This document shows, piece by piece, positions 10,112-16,863 of a stretch of 25,683 nt of DNA. Below the pieces are notes generated by a model, which had not been told where the DNA came from, did no database searches, and was given only the letters and a program-made list of their open reading frames with translations. The translations under genes and the position numbers were made by a program. Where the stretch lies: the NCBI GenBank assembly GCA_007136165.1, contig SLHK01000121.1, positions 1 through 25,683 of the forward strand, read 5' to 3'. Position 1 is the first letter of the stretch. Every line of letters begins with the position of its first letter. Source of the DNA: Syntrophomonadaceae bacterium. GTDB lineage: Bacteria; Bacillota; Dethiobacteria; PWVN01.

Positions 10112-10372
10112 CTACCGGGGTTCAACGATGAGCTTAATGGCTGTACGCTCTTCTCCGTCGATGAGTATGTCGGTAAAAGCAGGAATGCAAATCAAATCTA
10201 CCCCACTGGGAGCCACAAAACCCCTGGCAATGGCCACGGCCTTGACGGCCTGATTCAGCGCACCGGCGCCGATGGCCTGCATTTCTGCGCAACCGCGCTC
10301 TCTAAGTACCCCTGCTAAAGCTCCTGCCACTGAATTTGGATTCGACTTAGCTGAAACTTTCAATACGTCCAT
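10112..10372 (-). CDS. spoVS: Stage V sporulation protein S
   Basis: MDVLKVSAKSNPNSVAGALAG...QAIGAGALNQAVKAVAIARGF; AGGAGGT RBS. Confidence 0.97.
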   Translation of the reverse strand: MDVLKVSAKSNPNSVAGALAGVLRERGCAEMQAIGAGALNQAVKAVAIARGFVAPSGVDLICIPAFTDILIDGEERTAIKLIVEPR

Positions 10373-10425
10373 TATAGAGTACCTCCTAGTTAGTGGGTAT
10401 AATGGTATAATTACTTCTTGATTAT

Positions 10426-10451
10426 ATTTCTAGGAATTTAAAAGAATTCCT
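10426..10451 (-). promoter_or_regulatory. sigH-like promoter of spoVS
   Basis: AGGAATT-N14-GAAAT; spoVS is sigH-dependent in B. subtilis. Confidence 0.6.
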
Positions 10452-10514
10452 GCCTTGGGGAGGTGAAAAATGCAAATATACTAAATATTTTTGCTATTTT
10501 AAGTGGAAAGGCCG

Positions 10515-11303
10515 CTATTGGGGAGGGTGCAGGTCGTAGATCCTCTCGATGGAAAGGGCTTTGCCGCCGGCGGGGTCTACTTTTACGACAACACCGTTGA
10601 GCTGATAGGGTTCTTTGTTCTCCACTTCAAAGCGGACAGGCATCTTGGACACGAATTTTTGCAAAACAATCTTCCTCTTAACACCGATGACGCCGTTTAG
10701 CGCTCCCGTCATGCCCGCATCAGTGATATAAGCCGTCCCTTGGGGCAATATCCGCTCGTCGACGGTCTGTACATGGGTGTGGGTGCCCACCAGGGCGGAG
10801 ACCCGGCCGTCAAGAAACCAGCCCATGGCGATTTTTTCCGAAGTGGTTTCTGCATGGAAATCCACCAGCAGCATCCCGGCCTCCCTGGATATCTCCCGGA
10901 GGCATTCTTCCACTGCGGCAAAAGGGCAGTCCAGGTTGGGCATAAATACCGTCCCCGAAAGATTAATCACCCCCAGGGGCCCCATGGGGGTCTGAAAAAC
11001 CCCCATTCCCCGGCCGGGGGTCTTTTTGGGGTAGTTTACAGGCCGGAGCAGGCGGGGCTCGCTGTCTATAAAGTCCAGAACCTCCCGCTTGTCCCAGATG
11101 TGGTTGCCCGATGTCACAATATCAATGCCGTAGGAAAGCAGTTCATCGTAAACTTTCCTGGTCAAACCGTTTCCCCCGGCGGCATTTTCTCCGTTGGCGA
11201 TGACCACCTGGACGTCATAATTTTCCTTGATTTTGGCCAGCATATCCCGGACACAGGCCCGTCCCGGCTTGCCGACAATGTCTCCCAAGAATAAAAGTTT
11301 CAT
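10515..11303 (-). CDS. ymdB: YmdB-family (TIGR00282) metallophosphoesterase
   Basis: MKLLFLGDIVG, NGEN, SGNH, DFHAETTSEK and GTHTHVQT motifs. Start moved to ATG 11303 (GGGGGG RBS). Confidence 0.95.
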   Translation of the reverse strand: MKLLFLGDIVGKPGRACVRDMLAKIKENYDVQVVIANGENAAGGNGLTRKVYDELLSYGIDIVTSGNHIWDKREVLDFIDSEPRLLRPVNYPKKTPGRGMGVFQTPMGPLGVINLSGTVFMPNLDCPFAAVEECLREISREAGMLLVDFHAETTSEKIAMGWFLDGRVSALVGTHTHVQTVDERILPQGTAYITDAGMTGALNGVIGVKRKIVLQKFVSKMPVRFEVENKEPYQLNGVVVKVDPAGGKALSIERIYDLHPPQ

Positions 11304-11377
11304 GGAAAGGGTCCCCCCGCATATGTAAGATACATTCACCGGTATAATATTAGCCCGATAACAGTTTTTAATCCCCT

Positions 11378-11899
11378 TTATTTATCGAAAACGTAGACTT
11401 TTCCCGAATCCCTGAAAAGGATAAGGTTTTCTTTTGTACGGTGGGAGATGCCGGTTCGGGAAAGGTATTCCACTTCCCGTTCCTGGTCCGGGTCTTCCCC
11501 CTCCAGGAGGGTCAGGGCAAATTCCTCGTAATCGCTGACCACATTCTCGCCCAGCTCCACTGCCATGGTGGATGCCAGAAGGTTAATATCCTGAATATTC
11601 AAGGAATCTCCGTCAATAAAAATCTCGATAAAAGTGCACTTGCGAAATTTTCTTTTCTTAAAGGAAAGCTGGATGTCAAACCCGTCGTTTAATTCTTTGT
11701 AGACTTCGAAATAATCCTTGATTTTAACCTTGAGTTCTGCAAAATGGTCTTCCGCCAGGCTGCCCCGGTACATAAAGGTAAAAATATATGATTTAGTGGT
11801 GTTGTTAAACCTGATGGCAAATATTTGGGGGAACCTGACCAGAATTGAAACCAAAAAATCGATACAGGAACTGTCCGACGCTACCGCATCCGTTTTCAT
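11378..11899 (-). CDS. Hypothetical protein between rny and ymdB
   Basis: 173-aa ORF with GGAGG RBS, filling the gap between the rny terminator and ymdB. Confidence 0.8.
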   Translation of the reverse strand: MKTDAVASDSSCIDFLVSILVRFPQIFAIRFNNTTKSYIFTFMYRGSLAEDHFAELKVKIKDYFEVYKELNDGFDIQLSFKKRKFRKCTFIEIFIDGDSLNIQDINLLASTMAVELGENVVSDYEEFALTLLEGEDPDQEREVEYLSRTGISHRTKENLILFRDSGKVYVFDK

Positions 11900-11938
11900 A
11901 GAGCATCCCTTCCTCCATTCTATCGCTATTCAAGCTTA

Positions 11939-11964
11939 ATTCCATATATTTAAGCAAAAATCCT
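11939..11964 (-). promoter_or_regulatory. sigH-like promoter upstream of hypothetical-ymdB
   Basis: AGGATTT-N15-GAAT, directly after the rny terminator. Confidence 0.55.
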
Positions 11965-11972
11965 CCCTGAAT

Positions 11973-12000
11973 AAAAAAAAGGTGTCTTGTAAAAGACACC
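11973..12000 (-). terminator. Intrinsic terminator of rny
   Basis: Perfect 8-bp stem GGTGTCTT/AAGACACC, 4-nt loop, 8 T tail on the minus strand. Confidence 0.85.
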
Positions 12001-12084
12001 TTACTTGGCATAATCTACTGCTGACTCGCGGATTATTGACGCTTACTTGGCATAATCCACGGCGCGAGTCTCGCGGATTACCGT
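12001..12084 (-). repeat. Degenerate tandem duplication of the rny 3' end
   Basis: 12001-12015 is identical to 12043-12057 (TTACTTGGCATAATC), and CTCGCGGATTA is shared. The copy reads ASIIRESAVDYAK* versus [14 protein letters not shown]. Confidence 0.85.
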
Positions 12085-13584
12085 TACTTTAATCTGTCCG
12101 GGATACTCCAGTTCGTGCTCAATTTTACTGACTATTTCCCGGGCAATTTTCGTGGACATGAGGTCGTCCACCCGCTCCGGTTTCACCAGGATGCGGATTT
12201 CCCGTCCGGCCTGGATGGCGTAAGATTTGTCCACCCCGTCGAAAGAGTCCGCAATATTCTCCAGTTTTTCCAGGCGCTTGATATAGTTTTCCAGCGTTTC
12301 CCTTCTGGCTCCCGGCCGGGCGGCGGATATTGCATCGGCCGCCTGGATGAGGGCCGCTTCCAGGGTCAGGGGCTCAAAGTCGCCGTGATGGGCGGCAATG
12401 GCGTTGATGACATTGGGCGATTCCTTGTATTTCTTGGCCAGGTCGGCGCCAATAACCACATGGGGGCCGTCCACCTCGTGGTCCACCGCCTTGCCGATGT
12501 CATGGAGAAGGCCGGCCCTTTTGGCCATATTGACATCCAGGCCCAATTCGGCAGCCATAACCCGGGCCAGGTTTGCCACCTCTATGGAGTGTTTCAGGAC
12601 GTTTTGCCCGTAGCTGGTTCTAAATCTTAACCGGCCCAGGAGTTTTACGATTTCGTTATGCAGGCCGTGAACTCCCACTTCAAAGGTGGCTTGTTCGCCT
12701 TCTTCCCTAATCTGTAACTCCACTTCCTGCTTGGCCTTTTCCACCATTTCTTCGATACGGGCAGGGTGGATGCGGCCGTCGGATACCAGTTTTTCCAGGG
12801 CAATCCGGGCCACCTCCCGGCGGATGGGGTCAAAACCTGACAGGATAACGGCCTCGGGGGTATCGTCAATAATCAAATCGATTCCCGTCAGGGTTTCCAG
12901 GGTACGGATATTCCGTCCCTCGCGGCCGATGATACGGCCTTTCATTTCATCATTGGGTAAGGACACCACAGAAACCGTGGATTCGGACACGTGGTCGGCG
13001 GCGCATTTTTGGATGGCCAGGGTAATGATGTTCCGGGCGCGTTTTTCTCCTTCATCCTTGGCTTGGGTCTCAATATCCTTGATCATAATTGCCATTTCGT
13101 GCTTGATCTCATCCTCGACGCGGCGCAGCAGGATGTCCTTGGCTTCCCCGCTGGTTAGGCCTGAAATGCGTTCCAGTTCCTTCAGCTGTTCGTTGTGCAG
13201 GTTGGTTAAATCTTCTTCCTTATTCTTTAGATCCTGTTCTTTTCTTTTAAGGCTTTCTTCCTTCTTTTCATTCTGGTCCGTCTTTCTGTCCAGGGACTCT
13301 TCTTTTTGAATCAACCGGCGTTCGATTCTTTGAATCTCGTTTCTTCTTTCCCGGTTCTCCCGATCCATTTCACTTCTTTGCCGGTGGGTCTCTTCCTTTG
13401 CTTCCAGGAGAGCCTCTCTTTTGGCAGCAGTGGCTTTCTGCTCGCCTTCCGCAATAATTCTTTTGGCTGCATCCTCGGCGGATGCAATTTTTGCCTCGGC
13501 AATGTATTTACGAATCAAATAGCCTATGGCAAAAGATAATACTGCAGCAGCCAGAACCAAAGCAATTACGGTATTTATTTGCAT
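12043..13584 (-). CDS. rny: Ribonuclease Y
   Basis: N-terminal TM, coiled coil, KH domain ([12 protein letters not shown]), HD domain (LLHDIGK). Start set at ATG 13584, 6 nt after AGGAGGTG. Confidence 0.98.
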   Translation of the reverse strand: MQINTVIALVLAAAVLSFAIGYLIRKYIAEAKIASAEDAAKRIIAEGEQKATAAKREALLEAKEETHRQRSEMDRENRERRNEIQRIERRLIQKEESLDRKTDQNEKKEESLKRKEQDLKNKEEDLTNLHNEQLKELERISGLTSGEAKDILLRRVEDEIKHEMAIMIKDIETQAKDEGEKRARNIITLAIQKCAADHVSESTVSVVSLPNDEMKGRIIGREGRNIRTLETLTGIDLIIDDTPEAVILSGFDPIRREVARIALEKLVSDGRIHPARIEEMVEKAKQEVELQIREEGEQATFEVGVHGLHNEIVKLLGRLRFRTSYGQNVLKHSIEVANLARVMAAELGLDVNMAKRAGLLHDIGKAVDHEVDGPHVVIGADLAKKYKESPNVINAIAAHHGDFEPLTLEAALIQAADAISAARPGARRETLENYIKRLEKLENIADSFDGVDKSYAIQAGREIRILVKPERVDDLMSTKIAREIVSKIEHELEYPGQIKVTVIRETRAVDYAK

Positions 13585-13610
13585 CGTTTTCACCTCCTAG
13601 GTTCATGCAT

Positions 13611-13643
13611 AAATAAATAAAAGCCGTGTAGGATACACAGCTT
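13611..13643 (-). terminator. Terminator-like hairpin just upstream of the rny RBS
   Basis: AAGCUGUGUA-UCC-UACACGGCUU (10 bp including one U.G) followed by UUAUUUAUUU. Confidence 0.6.
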
Positions 13644-13785
13644 AACAAGATTACATAGACTTATACCGGATTAATTATTAGATTTTATTAAAATTAACAA
13701 AAATCTATATAATATAAATAGTGCTCCCAGCACGGTATAAGCTAATCCCTTAAGCTTTTCGCCTACAGAAAGGTCTTTCTACACC
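13615..13785 (-). ncRNA. Structured ~170-nt RNA in the rny leader (6S-like RNA or attenuator)
   Basis: Nested complementary segments 13627-32/13762-67, 13639-45/13750-56, 13647-53/13743-49, 13660-68/13733-41 and 13679-86/13700-07; sigA promoter upstream; terminator-like hairpin at the 3' end. Confidence 0.5.
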
Positions 13786-13792
13786 AATACTA

Positions 13793-13821
13793 ATTTTAAC
13801 TTTTTTTTGTGCCAGTGTCAA
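13793..13821 (-). promoter_or_regulatory. sigA promoter for the rny leader
   Basis: TTGACA (13821-13816), 17-nt spacer, TAAAAT (13798-13793). Confidence 0.8.
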
Positions 13822-13975
13822 GGTAAAAATAACCTGTAACCCCGATAGGCTCTATATTTATCAAGACTTTCAGCTGCAGCAGCAGGTTGCGGGTAATAAT
13901 CCTGGTGGGGCAGAGAAAGAAATCTTCAGGGAACAGCAAAAACGACCCGTCCTCATTTGTCCTCACGTTAAGGAT

Positions 13976-14108
13976 AATTAAGGGGACACCATACTTAATT
14001 CCACGATGCGAAATTAAGTATGGTGTCCCTGTAATTCCATAATGCGAAATTAAGTATGGTGTCCCTGTAATTCCATAATGCGAAATTAAGTATGGTGTCC
14101 CTGTAATT
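13976..14108. repeat. Palindromic REP-like element with 3 x 36-bp tandem expansion
   Basis: GGGACACCATACTTAATT (13983-14000) is the exact reverse complement of AATTAAGTATGGTGTCCC at 14012, 14048 and 14084. The 36-bp units start at 13996, 14032 and 14068; the first differs at 2 positions. Confidence 0.9.
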
Positions 14109-14140
14109 GTGTGCCTCAACGGCGGGTACAGTTGCACACA

Positions 14141-14169
14141 TTGACAAAAAAGGAGGTCTGGGTTAAAAT
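14141..14169 (+). promoter_or_regulatory. sigA promoter of tRNA-Trp
   Basis: TTGACA, 17-nt spacer, TAAAAT, ending 11 nt upstream of the tRNA. Confidence 0.85.
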
Positions 14170-14180
14170 ATATGAAGCGC

Positions 14181-14256
14181 AGGGGAGTAGCTCAATTGGT
14201 AGAGTGGCGGTCTCCAAAACCGTTGGTTGCGGGTTCGAGTCCTGTCTCCCCTGCCA
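14181..14256 (+). tRNA. tRNA-Trp (anticodon CCA), encoded CCA end
   Basis: Cloverleaf: acceptor AGGGGAG/CTCCCCT, D-arm GCTC/GAGT, anticodon arm GCGGT-CTCCAAA-ACCGT, T-arm GCGGG-TTCGAGT-CCTGT, 3' GCCA. Confidence 0.97.
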
Positions 14257-14267
14257 GTAAAGAAATT

Positions 14268-14302
14268 AGGCTCCACAAGGGATTGTGGGGTTTTTTTCTT
14301 TT
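14268..14302 (+). terminator. Intrinsic terminator after tRNA-Trp
   Basis: CTCCACAA-GGGA-TTGTGGGG stem followed by TTTTTTTCTTTT. Confidence 0.8.
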
Positions 14303-14379
14303 GAAGGCCGCTTTTAATGGGGCAAATTCAGGTCTGCCCTTTCGGGTTGGCACATATGAATTATCAGGAGGTGGCCGCC

Positions 14380-14565
14380 GTGGACCTGGATTTTATAATC
14401 CCCCTATTGTTGATCCTGAAAGCAGGCGCTCTATGTGCCGCTGTAATCGGGATTGGCATTAAGTCCTTCAGAGAAAATACTTTAGAAAAAAGGGTTGGCA
14501 TCATGCTGGCCATGGCAGTGCTGGCCCTGGCCCTCCTGCTGGCTTCCAGGAGCTTCATCCCTTAA
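14380..14565 (+). CDS. Small hypothetical 2-TM membrane protein (61 aa)
   Basis: AGGAGGT RBS before in-frame GTG at 14380; two hydrophobic helices; fills the gap convergent with the Mrp operon. Confidence 0.65.
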   Translation: MDLDFIIPLLLILKAGALCAAVIGIGIKSFRENTLEKRVGIMLAMAVLALALLLASRSFIP

Positions 14566-14567
14566 GC

Positions 14568-16826
14568 CTACCTTACACCCAGAAGCAAAATTACCAGCAA
14601 AACCAACCAAACCACAACCAGGTCGAAATTATAGTTCATGGGGTTAATCATCTGGTAAAAAGGGTCTCCCTTGGTATCGTAATCCGCTTTGATAAAAGCT
14701 ACAAAGGTCCTGCGCATCAGGCGGTGCAGTTTTGCATCATAACAGGAAGCTAAGCGGCACCACCGGGAATATATTTTATCTTGTATTCCCACAGACAAGC
14801 GGGCCGCCGCCTGCCCTGCCCTGGTCAGGGTTACAGCATCAAAGTACGCCAGGCGCCGGGCCAGGGCTTTGAAAGGGATGCCGGATTGCACGTAGATGAC
14901 TTCAAACAGGTGGTCCAGGCCGCTGCCGATGCCGGTATACATTCTGGAGGCCTGCTTGAGAGCCACTTCCGTAAAGAAGCCGGCGGCTTTGCTTTCCCAG
15001 GCTGCCGTTCTGCTAAAAAGGGACGTAAACCAGGGCCCCGGTTTTACATAGGCCTTATCTACCCCTCTTTCCAGGGATGACCCCAGAAGGGTATACACCA
15101 GAACCGTTCCCCTGACAAGAGGTGTATACAGCAGGGACTCAATGCTGAGCCAGCGGGGGGGATGCCGGTAAAAGAGGCCGGTTTTACTAAAGAAAAGGTA
15201 AAAGATAACTCCCAGGGATAAGGCCGTACCAATGGCCAGCAGGTCGGGCCTGGCCCAAAAGTCCAGTTTTTCCAGATAGTTTACCCTGTAGGGGTCGAAT
15301 CCGAAACCTTCCGTTAAAGGAATAATGACACTGGTTAAAAGGAACTTGGGGAAGACTCCTGCAAGAATAACGGCGGCGGCAAAAAGCCCGAACACCAGTT
15401 TTTCCAACAGGGGTTCCGGCCCCACCTGCCCCCGGTCTTCCCTCTCCGGCCCAAAGAAGACGCCCAGGGTCAGTTTCAATATATAGCAGACGGTCAGGGC
15501 ACTGGTTATGACGAATATTTTTTCTGCATAGAGGAAAATCTGGCTGCCCTGATGGGCAGCTTCTTCCACGGCATGATGCAGCAGGGTTTTGCTGGCATAA
15601 CCGTTAAAGCCGGGGACGCCGGCAATCCCGCAGGCCGCCACCGCAAAACACAGGGACGTGACAGGAAACTTTCTCCACAGGCCTCCCAGGTGGTCCAGGT
15701 CCAGTTCATGGGTACGGGCATAGACGGCCCCCGCCATCATGAACATCCCGGCTTTGAAAAAGGCGTGGTTAAAGATGTGAAAGACCGTACCGGTAAATCC
15801 CATGGGCCCTTCCGGGCCCAGGTAGGCAGCACACCCGACCCCCATGAGAATATACCCCATTTGGCTGACACTGCTGTAGGCCAGTATCCTTTTGATGTTT
15901 GTCTGAAAGAGGGCGATGAACGCAGCCATGAACATGGTGGCTATTCCCGTCCACAGGATGACAAAACCCAAATTGCTGCTGGTACTTCCGAGAAAACCTC
16001 CGGTTTCCGGCGCGAAGGCCTGGGCGGCAACCCGCAGGATGCCGTAGGCTCCCGTCTTGATCATGATTCCCGACAGGAGGGCGCTGGCCGGCGAAGGGGC
16101 TACGGGGTGGGCTTTGGGAAGCCAGATGTGGACAGGGGCCATGCCGGCCTTAATGCCAAAGCCTAGAAGGAGGAATCCCGCTGTCAAGTAGCGCATATAT
16201 GCGGGAGCCGTCATGTCCTGAAACAGGGGTGCCAAAGAGACGCTGCCCGTGAAGGAATTGAGGAGCAATATTCCCGTAAGCAGGCTTAAGCCGCCCGCTA
16301 CTCCCAAAAAGAGATATAAGCGGCCGGCTTCCATGGCCTCTTCCGTTTCCGTATGCACCACCAGGGCATAGGATGCCAGGGACATGACTTCGAAGAAAAT
16401 AAAAAGGCTGAAGAGGTCTCCTGCAAGAAAAACCCCCAGGCAGCCCGCCTGGGTCAGGGAAAGAAAGGCGTAGTACCGGGGGCGGGCGTGTTCGTGCCCC
16501 ATGTAGGTTAAGGAGAAGAGGACGGCCAGGAACCATATGAAAGAAGATAAAAGGGTAAAGAAAGCCCCCAGGGGGCCGACGGAAAAATTCAGCCCCCAGC
16601 CCAAAAAACCGGGCAGAGCAAAAAAAGCCGCTTCCTCCCCCGCTTTAAGGTACAAAAGGGCGCTGAGAAAAAAGGTTATACCGGCAAAAAATACCGCCGT
16701 CAGATCCCGGGTGCTCTCTTTTCTCTTCTTTAAAAAGGGTACCAGAAAGGAAAAGGCAAGGGGCAGCAGGATAATAACGGGTGGTATTAGAGAAAATCCC
16801 GTGTCTTTTAGAAAATCCATATCCAC
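14568..16826 (-). CDS. Antiporter-like subunit 5 (MrpA/NuoL/HyfB-like) with extended lateral-helix region and terminal TM
   Basis: FFEVMS (TM5 Glu), GFGIKAG..PVHIWLPKAHP, GIMIKTG, HAFFKA and GYASKT motifs; 204-aa C-terminal tail ending in a hydrophobic helix. Confidence 0.9.
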   Translation of the reverse strand: MDMDFLKDTGFSLIPPVIILLPLAFSFLVPFLKKRKESTRDLTAVFFAGITFFLSALLYLKAGEEAAFFALPGFLGWGLNFSVGPLGAFFTLLSSFIWFLAVLFSLTYMGHEHARPRYYAFLSLTQAGCLGVFLAGDLFSLFIFFEVMSLASYALVVHTETEEAMEAGRLYLFLGVAGGLSLLTGILLLNSFTGSVSLAPLFQDMTAPAYMRYLTAGFLLLGFGIKAGMAPVHIWLPKAHPVAPSPASALLSGIMIKTGAYGILRVAAQAFAPETGGFLGSTSSNLGFVILWTGIATMFMAAFIALFQTNIKRILAYSSVSQMGYILMGVGCAAYLGPEGPMGFTGTVFHIFNHAFFKAGMFMMAGAVYARTHELDLDHLGGLWRKFPVTSLCFAVAACGIAGVPGFNGYASKTLLHHAVEEAAHQGSQIFLYAEKIFVITSALTVCYILKLTLGVFFGPEREDRGQVGPEPLLEKLVFGLFAAAVILAGVFPKFLLTSVIIPLTEGFGFDPYRVNYLEKLDFWARPDLLAIGTALSLGVIFYLFFSKTGLFYRHPPRWLSIESLLYTPLVRGTVLVYTLLGSSLERGVDKAYVKPGPWFTSLFSRTAAWESKAAGFFTEVALKQASRMYTGIGSGLDHLFEVIYVQSGIPFKALARRLAYFDAVTLTRAGQAAARLSVGIQDKIYSRWCRLASCYDAKLHRLMRRTFVAFIKADYDTKGDPFYQMINPMNYNFDLVVVWLVLLVILLLGVR

Positions 16827-16863
16827 CTCTCCTCTCCAAAAGAAATACCCGGCGGGAAGCCCG

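Noticed and set aside
13927-13965. Second, degenerate REP-like palindrome (..ACCCGTCCTCATTTGTCCT)
   Set aside because: The arms match too poorly to support.
13996-14108. CRISPR array
   Set aside because: The would-be spacers are only 11 nt and nearly identical, and no cas genes are present; this is a tandem repeat.
13796-14137. 113-aa ORF with HYGITGTPYLIS repeats
   Set aside because: It is a translation of the DNA repeat, has no clear RBS, and runs across the rny -35 region.
14181-14256. tRNA-Trp as a UGA suppressor because of G27.U43 and other G.U pairs
   Set aside because: The anticodon is normal CCA and wobble pairs are tolerated. The one in-frame UGA noticed aligns with a catalytic Cys, which favours Sec.
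14348-14365. sigma54 promoter (TGGCAC) before the small membrane gene
   Set aside because: The -12 TTGC element is absent (TGGCAC-ATATG-AATT).
14172-14462. 96-aa ORF on the + strand
   Set aside because: It overlaps the tRNA-Trp gene and its terminator.
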